Notes: generated from the sequence alone by a model not told the origin. DNA of 62,803 nucleotides, filler included, from Octopus bimaculoides (GCF_001194135.2; 3 parts of 3 records of this genome joined end to end with filler, not necessarily neighbours in it); one strand, 5' to 3'. Shown: positions 41,391 to 53,710, counted from the first letter of the whole stretch. A program made the numbers and translations.

Positions 41391-42466
41391 TCATATGCAT
41401 GTATAGGAGCAGCAGGAGGTTTAACCGCTGAAGTATAATAAATATATTTGACTATATGGTCCGTACAGGGCCCTTTTGTCCGTTGTTATTGATAAGTCTA
41501 TAATGCATCACCTTTAACCCCCCCCCACCTTCTACATATTTTAGGTGTGTATAATAAAACGTGTATTTGTCGGATATTTCGACAACGGTTTTCTTAATAT
41601 TTCTCACCACCGTCTTCAGGTGGTAACTCTGAGCTTCATCAGAGCTTGTAACTAATTATGTTTTTTTGTTTTCATGTATGCAATTTTGGATGGGCATGCG
41701 CCAAATTTGAAAATTACCTTTTGATACAAAATTTGATGCTATGCAGTTGATTCCTCCGAATATCATGAAAAAACAAATTGGTTTGCGATGACCAAACCGA
41801 TGGAAGAAATAGCTACAAACAATACAGGCTGGAACCTCGATCAATGACATTAAAAAGAAATTTAAATATCGACTGCCCGCCATATTAACCGAGTTCATTG
41901 TCACTCCGTAATAAAGCATGCTGTTGACAAACCTGCAAAGAACAAAAAGATTATTGTTATTGAGTGAGAGAGCAGCGCATGCCATCAGAATGACACTGGA
42001 GTAGAAATATACGAAGGCCAAGATACCCTTCATGACTACCCCGTCTGATAAGGGTACACTAGGCACATGCATCACAACCATATGTATGTGACATTGTGAT
42101 CTCATATCAACATAAACAACACATAACCTTGCAGGTGGGGCTTCAGTCTTATCGTTAAAGGCACGAGACTGAATATTCGTATTTTGGTCGATAACTAATG
42201 TCCTTCTGTGTTTGTCCTACGTGTACATTTTTTAGTATTTCATGCATTTTTCATTTATACACGCGTGAAGGAGTGATGCAACATGTGTCGAAACGATCGT
42301 AGTGAAAAAGTTTCCAATATATTCTATTTTTCATATCCATTGTTTCCACTATACATACACACATATACACATACATACATAAATACATACATACATACAT
42401 GCGTACAAACACACATACACACATATATAAATATATCTATATATGCATATACACAAACATCTATAC

Positions 42467-42529
<63 letters not shown>

Positions 42530-42927
42530 TACACACATGTATGCATGCATATATCTAAGTGTGTATGCATGAATGTATGTATATATGTATGTATGTACAT
42601 GTGTGTGCGTGCGTGCGTTTCTGTAGTGTGTGTATGTGTGTGTGTGGGGGGGGGTGTATACCAATGTATACAAGCGTGTATATATATATTTACCAGCAGA
42701 ACCAGATATTGAAGGAAAGCATCGCTATGCGAGGCTTTCGAATTAAATCGAAAACTGTAACAGTTCTCGCCTTTTCTGTAGAATTCGTTTGGTCGTTTGC
42801 GATGAGCGCCTCTGCTTTACCATTTAATTCAGTTCTTTCTTCTTTTCCAATGACGTCNNNNNNNNNNAAAAAAAAGAAAAAAAAGTTGTTTTAGAATTCA
42901 TAATCTTCATATTTTACAGAGAAAATT

Positions 42928-43003
<76 letters not shown>

Positions 43004-46000
43004 GATGCTGCTTTCTTTAATAATAATAATCGTTTTCCTTTTTCACTTGTTTCAGTCATGTGGTTGGGAAGCAAGCGTCTCGCCACACAGCCACACCTGT
43101 GCCTATCGCTTGAAATTTTGTTACAAGGCCAGCAATTTTAGGGGAAGGTTAAGTCGATTATATCAACCCCAGTATTCAACTGGTACTAATTTTACCGACC
43201 GTGAAAGGATGGAAAAACACAGTGGACGTTGGCAGAATTTGAACTGAGGACGTAAAGACGGATGAAATGCTGCTAAGCATTTTGTGCTGAATGCCAACGG
43301 TTCTACTCCGTCGTTGCTTTAAATATTCTGTTCAATACCACAGATTTGCTTGTCAGATGTGTGACCTTAACCAGTTGACCATGTCCCTTGGTGGTTAACG
43401 ATATGTGTATCCCTGATCACGAGCAGAAGTAATGGAGGAGCATCATAGCCATGTGTTGAGAGGAATTCTATGGGGTTTGGATAATTCACATCTAGAAACA
43501 TGAGTGTTTCATTCAATATCGTTGAACAACCCTTCTTCAGGCTTTGATACTTGGTTGTTAATCATTATGGGAGACATTTAACATCCTAATACCAATCTCA
43601 AAATCCTAGCTGTTCCTAGCAGAGCAGTTTTTTGAGGCTTGCTCTACTCTCATGTCAATTCCGATTTCTCTGATATATTTCACAAACTTGGTTGTTAGTA
43701 CTCCAAGTACCCCCACAGCTACTGGAACGACAAACACTCTCCTGATGGTCCACATTCTTGCAGTTTCGCCTGTAATTTTCAATCTTTTCTAGTTCTTTGT
43801 CACTTATATGTGCATCCCCAGGTATTGCAATATCTATGACTCGCGGTCATAGGATCGCAGCTTCGATTCCCAGACCGAGCGCTGTGAGTGTTTATTGAGC
43901 GAAAACACCTGTCTCAATGTGTGGCGAGAGGGGTGAAACGGTATGACACATCGTTAGCGAATGTCCAAAATTGGCACAACGCGAATGCAAAAGACATGAC
44001 GATGTGACAAGGATGATCCTTTGGGCGCTCTGTGGAAATCACGGCCTACAAAGAGCAAATATGTGGTATGAGCAAACCCCAAGAGGAGAATGAAGATTGC
44101 AAAATCCTATAGGATGCAATGATTCAGTGTGACCACCTGACCAGACATCAGAAACCGGAAATTGTTGGTTGAATAAAAAAAGAAAAAACTTGTCTGATAA
44201 TCGACATAGCATGTCCAAGTGACAGCAGAATCAAAGAGAAAAAAAGAAAAACTGAACAACGACGACGATTTGAAGTGGGAAATACGAAGGTTGTGGTCAA
44301 TGAGGAGAGTAGACGTGGTACCAATAGAAATTGGTGCACTTGGAAGTATCACCACTCAAAAACCAAAATGGCTCCACAAGATTGATACAAGTGTGAAAGA
44401 ACACCTACAAAAATGAGCATTGCTTGGAACTACAAGAATTCTTCGAAGGGTTCTTGAAGCATGACCAGTTAACAAGTTTCACCTTAGTCTGCTGGCTGTG
44501 GACAGCTGACGCTTTCCATCATATACAATCCAACAAAATAAGCTGAGAGTTTTCATAAAATAATAATAGCTATCGCTTTATTAATAGTGATTTTCAATAA
44601 GATGGTTTACTTACTTCCATAGGAAAAAGAAAATGAAATGTGGAAGACAAATGGCATATTGTAAGTGTCGCCAATTCCGAATTGCATAGGCAGAACCTGC
44701 TAGACACATTGATCCGAGAGGAAAGGCACAATGTAGGGTAAAATTGAGGGGCATTCGATGTTGCAGACAAAGCATTTCAAGCACTGAAAGCACGACAAAG
44801 AAGTATGATATATTATTATATAAAATAATGAAAAATAACTATAATATATGTATATAAACGATATAATACACCCCACACACACACACACAAACACACACAC
44901 ATCGATGATAAGGAGAATGAAGAATTTTAACATCTAATCTTTGTGCTCAATTACAGTTTGTGTTTTTAATGTCCAATATCTTCATTCTTCTTATTAATAT
45001 TGTACTTTACACTCTAAGTAGCAAGGACAAAAAAAAAAACTGTAATATCGGAAGGGACCTAAAAGGAAATTTACCATAAATCGCAACATCTGAAGGAACC
45101 TGCCTTGGCATTTTACAGAGAGTAATTCGGTATCTGCCTGGATATTATATCCATCTTCTTACCACACACATACATACATACATACTGCCCTAACTCTTCG
45201 AAACGCCAGTGTTGAAAGGTGGCAGCTGATGAAGGAAATGTTCTCTATGTGGCCTGTGTGTTTTCTGTACTTGTTTATCATTTTGTCTACGTTTTGTTTG
45301 CAATGTCCTGTACCCAGATATGCATTATATATATACAGGTAGATGTAAGTATGTACATACATGTACGTATATATGCATATACTCATTTATTATTTGTGTT
45401 ACATACATACATTACATACATACACATACGTATTTATAATATTTGTATAACAATGACAGAAGTCAAATAATGTCTTGTAAACGATTTGAGTGTGTGTGTG
45501 TGTGTGTGTGGTGGTGGTGGTGGTGGGGGGGGGGCTTATGTCCATGCGGTCAATTACACAGTTGGAATTTTTTTAAAAATCGATTTTTAATCAGCATCGA
45601 TTTTTTTAAAAATCGTAAAATTTCGCCATTTTTCGCACTAGCCATTGTGACATCAATTTGACAAAAAATGTTTCATGCGTTTATAAAGAGACAGTTTATT
45701 AACGGTAATCTATTTAGCATTTACCAATTCTTCATGTCAATGCGAATTGTTTTGATTTGCTAAAACTTATTATTTCAATTCGTTGTTTTAATTCCCAAGC
45801 GTTTCAGGTTTTGCATAGGAAAGACCACGTAATTCCTCAAGCAAAATTTAGGCATTTTGCGCACTAGCCGTCGTGACATCAATTTGACGAAATCTGCCCC
45901 AAAGCATAAAATTTTGCCATTTTACGCACATGCACAAAAATGACGACGACACGGGTTCGCTACCAGACTCTGCTCATTTTTTCGTGAAATTGGTTCTACT

Positions 46001-46558
46001 CATTAATATAGATTTTAATTTTTTGATAAATGTTGAAATTTGGCAAAAAAATGTTTCATGGCTATAAACAGACATCTTATTAACCTCAGCTAGTAAATTA
46101 TAAAAAACGAAATATAAAAGAACTCACTGAGTGAATAAGTGCAAAAGTAACTTCCGGACTGTCCTAATCCTTCAAAAAAGTACACAATATTAAACAGTAG
46201 CAAAGACGGTGAGTTTACTTTGATGATATTAGCAGTCAAAAATATGACTAATCCAACGAAAAATAAAGGACGTCGGCCGAATCTGAAATAAATTCATGCG
46301 ATTTATATTACATATTGTGAGTGGAAATAGAGACAGGAAATCTAAGTCAATTAAAAAACTGGACTTTGATAATTAATTAATGAATCATATATTTTATAAC
46401 GCAATTGGTGAAAAATAATTGTTTGTAGGATTCCAACGGACCAATCATTGGTTCACTGCTTTTCCGAGAGCAAAATATGTCTTGCTGTAAATCCATGCTG
46501 AGGACTTCGAAGATCATTGGGTTTTCGCCGATGCTCCCTCCAATAAACATCGGTTAAT

Positions 46559-46635
<77 letters not shown>

Positions 46636-48738
46636 ATAGTAATCTGCATATCATACTTGACGTGAATATACTGCAAGAACATCATAACACTGCAGTATTG
46701 GTGCTGAGGACGCATAGTGCTAAAAAGCACTAGCGAACGATAAATAAGCAGCACCGACGGTGGAAGTGCTAGATCACACACGCACACACTCGACGGGCAA
46801 TCGCAGAGTTCCAGTCCATCAAATTGATTTCTGAAGGTATTGGTCAACCGGAAGGTTGTGTCCAAAGTTTCGCTCATTTAGATTCTATCTGGAAGGAATC
46901 CCATAAGTTTACAGAATTAAAATCTGAATCACACAACACCACCCCCGTCCATTATAAAATAAATAAATAAATAAATGAGTAAATATTTACCTGTCGGCAA
47001 GAATGCCAAATCCTAGTGAGCCTACAAGACAGCCAATAAATAGCGCAGAAAAGGCAGTGTTTTTCAACCAACTTCTTTCACAGACTAAATCAAACTGAAT
47101 TATAATTTCCCAAAAAATAGACATTAAAAATAAATATAAATAATTATTGATATCGATCTATCAATATGTATTTGATGTTCATTTTGATGAAATTAAACAC
47201 AAAAATGTGATTCATATATATATATATGAATCACTGATAATCTTTATTCAATGGCTTAACCGGATGAAGAAGTGCAGTAACCATAATCCTTTTCATAACT
47301 GTGTGATAGGTGGTAGGAAAGGAAGGAGAGATTGCTGTAGGGTGAATATTATCCTCGAACCATAGGCTTGTTCCGAACACTTGCTACAAATTGCACTGAG
47401 AGACTACATGTTAGCATTGAGAAAGAACGACAGATGAAGTCTAAACTCAAGAACAAGAACGGATTTTCCGATAGACTTCGGTACAGTTTTCGTCTACCAA
47501 ATTTCACTTACAAGACTTTGATCGACCCAAGGTTATATGCCCTGTAGTGATATCGACCCCGCAATTACGTGCGTCCGACCCGAACGTCGCAATCATACAA
47601 CAAAGCCTGTAGGGGGAAACCCACCTGCCTATTCCCAAGGCCAGTGAGAAGCCAGGTGTATAAGTTTCTGATACGTCGACATAATGTTTTCATTAATCAC
47701 TGCGGAAGTCTTTACATGGTCATTTGGTTTGCTAGAAATAACGACCAATCTCCTCCAAATCAAATCTTACCATTTTATAACAGAAAAGTTTAAAGAAAAG
47801 AAAAGCAGAAGAATATAATGTAATCCAATAAGCACTATGGCTGAGAAAATTAAAAAGCAGATTGTCTGGTCGGATGATCACAGCTAGAATGTCTCCGGCC
47901 GCCACCCGAGCATGTCTAAACTAAGCTGGGACAAAATGGTGTGAAGTGAATTTGCTTTAATCAAAATTTACGTAACCTGCCAAAACGAGTAAACTGGCTC
48001 TAAAAATGGTCTTACCTCTGAAACAATGCTTGACATGTCTCTCGTATCGAAACGTCGTCTCTCACAGTTCCGTGGCTTCGTGGAATTTATCGATGACAAA
48101 TCATAGGAAGTGTCATTCAGTTGTAAATCAATAACAGAACATTGGTCGATTTTGTAATTTAACACCTCCAAGAATTCTTCGGAGGTGGTATTTTCAGGGA
48201 TCAAAGAACTATTGAGTTCAGGTGGAAAGCAAGTGAAAGGAATTTGTGTTCCAATGTAAACCATGGACATATATAACATGGCATTACATATAACAAAAAA
48301 TATAATCACGAGAGACAAGAGCAGTTGGAAGTAGCCATATCCACCGCATTCCTCAAAGACGTCTTCGATATCTAAGTTCTTGGACGAAGCTGAAATATGT
48401 AATAGGCAACATATATACATATATGATCACATAGACAACTACATTCATATATAGATACAATACATACACACGCGCACATATATATATATATACATTTATA
48501 CATATATATATATACATATATATAATATACATACATACGTATATATATATACACATATATAATGCAGTTTTTTCAGTCGCATGGACTAAAAGTGGTAGGG
48601 GGACGGGATAAACTACTTGCACCAACTTGCTATAAAAGCAGGTTATACTGGAAAAAAATTTGCGAGAGGAACTTTCTACCATTCTGTCTCCCATTCCGGA
48701 CCTTGCTATTTTGTTGCATATATCTGTCTCTTTGTATG

Positions 48739-48772
<34 letters not shown>

Positions 48773-50461
48773 TGTATGTATGAAGTCCTGATTTTATTTA
48801 CCCAAGTTATTGGACTCCGGTAAAGGTGAAACATTGCCTTGAAGAAATTATAGTTCATCATAGGACCCCCAAGACACTCACGCACACACTCACACAACAT
48901 TTGTACGTATATATTTATACTTAAATATATATATATATAGATACATATATAGATACATATATACATATATATACATACACACACACACACATACACGCGC
49001 GCGCACACAGACACGCATACACACATATAATGCAGAACAGCCAACAGAGATTACAAAGTCTTGCTTAGTTAAGGGGAAATAACTTTAATTTTCACATTAG
49101 AGTTATGCCACTTATTCTTGTTCTGTTGGATTTCCACTATAATTGTCATTTAGGGGAGGAATAGTGTGTTGTACATACATACATACATACATACATACAT
49201 ACATACATGCATACAAACATACATACATACATACATACATACATACATACATACATACATACATAATTTCCTCTTCCTTCGCCATTTATTTAAGGTACCT
49301 GCTACCTTAATTGCTGCTATTGAGAGATTCAGAAAGACATGGACAACTATTCTTACCCTTACAACTGGGAACAGAATAATTGTTTCTAATAGTATAGGCA
49401 TTACAAAGGGAATATTCCAGGGAAATAGTCTTTCTGTACTTCTTTTCATTTTGGCACTGAATTCATTATCGTTCCAACTGCAGAAAACAAATGCTTACAT
49501 GCTAGGATCTTCAACTGCCAGAAATATCAACGTAACTCATAATTTCTTTGTAGACGACCTGAAGATTTATGCTGAAAACGTTAACAATGCCAAAAAACAA
49601 CTGTAATTAATAACAACATTTTCAGCTGATACAGGCATGGAATTTGGCCAAAAGAAATGTTCATATTTGGTTATAGAACGAGGAAAATCGGTCCCCCAAA
49701 CCCCAAACCTGTGCATCAACAGTCTCTCTATCTCCCTCATACCACACAAAGAATGTTACAAGTACTTAGGCATAGACGAAAATGTATCATTTGAAGGCAC
49801 TGTGAATAAAGATAGAGTGACCCGAGAGTATTACACCAGATTTAGGAAAATACGACAGTTGGAACTCTCCTCTTACAGCAAAACAATATCACACAATGCG
49901 TTTGCAGTACCAGTGCTGATCCCAACATCTGAGATANNNNNNNNNNCTCTTATTTATAATTGTTTATAATTTTCACCTTTAAAGGTATTTTAATATGCTG
50001 GCCATTTGATGAAATTTTTGAAAAAAAATTATGCTTGTATATATGTTTATGTGTACGCATGCCTGTTTTTATATATGCATGCATGTATGTACGTATGCAT
50101 ATCTATATGTATTTGTGTGTATGTATGTATATCTGTGTGTATGTATATATATCTGTTTGTATGTATATATATGCATGTATGTATGAATGTATGTACGTAC
50201 GTATGTATGTGTTGAACTAAATATAGGACTTGTGCGTGGACACTCGTACGACTGAATTTTAAAAAATCTCTGAAAACAAGAAGGGGCGGTCATCCCGGAA
50301 AGACCTCTTCCTAAACAACATCATCAACACCAGTCTAAATCAGCTATTTCAACTGTAGGCTAATTAAACTCAAGAAATGAATTTTAAAAATGCAGTTGAT
50401 TACCTTCAGATTTGACTTTTGGTTTTTCCTCGCCAGAAACGAAGTCAGTTATTGTTTCCAT
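40090..50461 (-). CDS. SLC22-family organic ion transporter, gene B (multi-exon, near complete)
   Basis: Hand-spliced exons in transcript order: 50404-50461, 48016-48389, 46991-47094, 46128-46282, 44615-44783, 42694-(42857, rest in gap), 41718-41932, 40756-40864, 40090-40297. All visible junctions are GT-AG and phase-compatible. SLC22 hallmarks: GGYGYFQ, four loop cysteines, [42 protein letters not shown]. Family call is from motif recognition; no orthologue assignable. Confidence 0.93.
40756..40864 (-). CDS. Gene B exon (109 nt) [37 protein letters not shown]
   Basis: ttttgtag|AT TCA TAT TGG...ATA CG|gtgagt; paralogous to 35248-35356. Confidence 0.95.
41718..41932 (-). CDS. Gene B exon (215 nt) [71 protein letters not shown]
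   Basis: tttgcag|G TTT...AAA G|gtaat; paralogous to 34417-34631. Confidence 0.95.
42694..42857 (-). CDS. Gene B exon, 3' part only ([55 protein letters not shown])
   Basis: Open frame ending TGC TG|gtaaat and aligning to gene A exon 33269-33514; the 5' part (PESPRW region) falls in the N run 42858-42867. Confidence 0.88.
43550..44520. mobile_element. Two opposed R4/Dong-like RLE LINE 3' fragments in a gene B intron
   Basis: Plus ~43905-44520: [25 protein letters not shown]...[23 protein letters not shown]. Minus ~43550-43850: [13 protein letters not shown]. Confidence 0.8.
44615..44783 (-). CDS. Gene B exon (169 nt) [56 protein letters not shown]
   Basis: ctttcag|TG CTT GAA...TGG AA|gtaagt; same size and phase as gene A exon 31489-31657. 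Confidence 0.93.
45190..45316 (+). repeat. Dispersed Penelope-terminal-type repeat (ctgatga...tcctgtaccc)
   Basis: Near-identical copy at ~58500-58639 and a related minus copy at ~9644-9780. Confidence 0.6.
46128..46282 (-). CDS. Gene B exon (155 nt) [51 protein letters not shown]
   Basis: tttcag|A TTC GGC CGA CGT...CTC A|gtgagt; completes MFS motif A (D-R-F-G-R-R). Confidence 0.93.
46991..47094 (-). CDS. Gene B exon (104 nt) [35 protein letters not shown]
   Basis: attcag|TTT...GAC AG|gtaaat. Too short for the ORF track; found by reading the minus strand. Confidence 0.93.
48016..48389 (-). CDS. Gene B exon: TM1 plus large extracellular loop (374 nt)
   Basis: tttcag|CT TCG TCC AAG...TCA GAG|gtaag; [21 protein letters not shown]...PFTCFPP...DQCSV...RNCERRRFD...SIVSE; several N-x-S/T sequons. 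Confidence 0.92.
49267..49936 (+). mobile_element. RLE-clade LINE reverse transcriptase fragment, antisense in gene B intron
   Basis: [21 protein letters not shown]...[12 protein letters not shown]...GMEFGQKKC...YKYLGIDE; one internal stop; starts directly after a (TACA)n tract. Confidence 0.88.
50404..50461 (-). CDS. Gene B putative start exon ([19 protein letters not shown])
   Basis: ATG at 50461; 58 coding nt ending GAAG|gtaatc (phase 1), matching the phase-1 acceptor of the 48389 exon, which lacks its own in-frame ATG after its acceptor. A pyrimidine-rich acceptor (ttcttctcag) just before 50473 implies a further non-coding exon upstream. Confidence 0.6.
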
Positions 50462-50682
50462 CTTTGAGATTTGCTGAGAAGAAATGACAGGTGAGCTCCT
50501 TATATTGGTGTTTGCTTCGTAAAACCTTGACCTGCATCAGGTTAATTCTAATGACCGTTTAACCGATATCTTAATAGCTTTCTCTTAGGAACAGACACGT
50601 AAACTAGTGATCTGTCTGTCTGTCTGTCTGTCAGTCTGCCTGCTTGCCTGTCTGTCTGTCTGTCTGTTGTCTGTCTATCTAT

Positions 50683-50689
<7 letters not shown>

Positions 50690-50750
<61 letters not shown>

Positions 50751-51036
50751 GGGAGAATATACAAATAATAACAACAGACGAGGACAGGTGGTGTAAATAA
50801 CAAAAGTATATATTAGTATGACGCTCGGGAATACGGAAAGTCTTTGACGTTTCGAGCTACGCTCTTCAACAGAAAGAATACGGAGACAAGGAGAATCCAG
50901 AGTACGAAGAGACGGTAGGTGAAGGAAAGTAAGGTAAAAAAGGATGATAAAGGAGGTTTACAAAAATGGAAAAGTTCAAAAGTTTTTTAGACGTCGTGGT
51001 ATATTGAAGCGATTTCCAATCAGAAGATGGGTCCAG

Positions 51037-51109
<73 letters not shown>

Positions 51110-51395
51110 GGGAGAATATACAAATAATAACAACAGACGAGGACAGGTGGTGTAAATAACAAAAGTATATATTAGTATGACGCTCGGGAATACGGAAAGT
51201 CTTTGACGTTTCGAGCTACGCTCTTCAACAGAAAGAATACGGAGACAAGGAGAATCCAGAGTACGAAGAGACGGTAGGTGAAGGAAAGTAAGGTAAAAAA
51301 GGATGATAAAGGAGGTTTACAAAAATGGAAAAGTTCAAAAGTTTTTTAGACGTCGTGGTATATTGAAGCGATTTCCAATCAGAAGATGGGTCCAG

Positions 51396-51410
<15 letters not shown>
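50690..51410 (-). repeat. 359-bp tandem dimer of a Penelope-terminal-type repeat separated by (TCTA)n
   Basis: Unit start gggagaatat at 50751 and 51110; the two copies read identical by eye; related single copies at ~18400-18595, 54230-54420, 10630-10765. Confidence 0.9.
50841..50877 (-). ncRNA. Minimal type-I hammerhead-like motif with core variant (second copy 51200-51236)
   Basis: TCTTT-CTGTTGA-A-GAGC-gta-GCTC-GAAA-CGT-C-AAAGA: 5-bp stem I, 4-bp stem II, palindromic ACGT helix III, GUC site; departs from CUGANGA at A6 and has an extra A. Activity unknown. Confidence 0.45.
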
Positions 51411-51466
<56 letters not shown>

Positions 51467-52053
51467 GTCTGTCTGTCTGTCTGTTTGTCTGTTATCTATA
51501 TTTACTTATTTACTTATTTATTCTACGGTGGACTCAGTAAATGACCCCACCCTAAATTCACAAAGACATTCCCCTAGCCAGCTCCATTAACACGGAACCT
51601 TTTCTACCTCCTCCTCTTCCCCCTCTTTCTTCTTCCTTTTCGTATTCTTATAATTTTCGTTAACAAGTTCAGACATTTCCCCACTTCCATAGATTATCAT
51701 CTCTTCGCAGACATGATTTCCGTTTTTCTTCTCTCACTCTGTGCTTTCCACGCATTTTCAGTCGAATCTCCTGCGAGTCAAACATGGGATCCCTTGACGA
51801 CAATGTTAACTTCATTTGATCAAAGTATCTTTGGCCCTACGATTAACTAACATAATAACCCTCGTTTGGGCAATTACTTCTTCCGAGGTTCTGCCAGTTA
51901 TGAAAAACGTTGTTGGAGAAAAGTATTACAAACCCTACAGCTGTTTCTAACTTGCTGATCCCTTCATTTACTTGTCTCTCCGCTCAAACTTAATTCTCTT
52001 GAGCACTATTAAGTGTATTCTCTGCGGAGAATATTTGATTCTCCTCTACGAAC

Positions 52054-52098
<45 letters not shown>

Positions 52099-53710
52099 GA
52101 ATATACGTATACGTTTATGAGTATGTGTTTATGTGTGTATATATGTCCTTGTATCTCTGTATATATTCAGTATAATTTTTTTCCCTCCCACGAAACTGAC
52201 GAGTAAAAGGATCTGTACTATGGCCCTGTTAAGATGATAACGAGTTGCTGATGAGGAATAAATTAACAAGATTCTTATTCATTAGAAATTAATTAACGTT
52301 CCATTAGCACATATTATCAGATATTTCTGTGCCTGAGAATTAATAGCCACAGTTTGAGAGGGAGAGCGCGAGTGTGTCTGGGAGAGAGAGAGAGAGAGGG
52401 GGGGGGGAGAAGAGAAAGAAACAGACAGGGAGGGCGATTAGAGATAGATAGAGCGATGTCCGCCTTTCGGTAGACGCATATTTCGATTCCCCCCAAATAT
52501 TGGATTTTCTTTTTTTACTTATGCCGAGAGTTAGCTACATTTTACATCAAAGCAATTTCGCATAAAGACTTATTTTCAAATTTCAAAATATACTAAAATC
52601 ATGAATGAAAAGAAATACAAAACAAAATCACAAAAAGAAGAAAAGAAAATGAAATAGAAAGAGATTAGAAAATACAATATTCCATGACAAATACCAAAAA
52701 CACTAACACAGGAGCGACAGCGCTTGTGACCCGCGAGATGGCGCGGGATTACTGATATAATATAAAAATAATCTCCCAGTGAATGATGTAAGGGAGATAA
52801 TGAGAAGCATATAGCTTTGAAGAGTTATGTCCCTGTCACTATAAATCTGATAGCCTCTCACTGAAGAAAATTTGTTCAGTGTGTTGGGATAAACTCATTT
52901 CGAACAAGATTTTTTCCTTGGCGTTTTAGATGGCAGAGCACAGTTAAAAGGTGGAATTCGATGGGTTAATTCTAATCTCCTGCTGTCAGCGGGTGTCTAT
53001 GGCCTGCAATTGCTGGCGAGATGTGCATACACGTATATACAGTCGCACGCACACACACACATACACACAGATACACACGTACATATATGTATGCATACAT
53101 ACATGCATGCATGCATAAATTGTTAAGGGTAAAGACCCTTTCTAGTCACGAATGACCCTGGGCTTGCACCTAGAAAGTTACCTTCCGAGGTACAAGTCCG
53201 GGCAAGTTTATTTATAGAAGACCAGCAGTTGCCCATGCATACCAACCTCCCTTCTTCACACCACTGATGTTATCCAAGGGAAAGGCAAAGGGGTCGATAC
53301 AGCTTGGTACCACTGATGTCACAACTCTCAGTTAAAAGCGTAAAAGGTTAGAAGCGTAAAAGACTCTGGGAAATCTCAGCGTGAGAACAGAAATAGGAAA
53401 GGGAAAATTTCATGGTATAACCCAATATTTAACATAATAGTAAGAACTAATATAACTATGGAATTTCTTAATCTAATAGATTACTATTTTCCGCTTTGTC
53501 ACAAGTATAGCAAGATATTTATTTCTTTATTGCCCACAGGGAGCGAAACATAGAGGGGAAAAGCAAGGACACACAAAGGGATTAAGGCGATTACATCAAC
53601 TCCAGTGCGTAACTGATACTTATTTAATCGACCCCGAAAGGATGAAAGGCAAAGGCGACCTCGGCGGATTTTGAGCTCAGAACGTAAGGGCAGACGAAAT
53701 ACCGCTAAGC

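Noticed and set aside
45190-45245. Hammerhead at ctgatga motifs (also ~9760 and ~58540)
   Set aside because: No correctly placed GAAA, helix III or cleavage triplet can be built.
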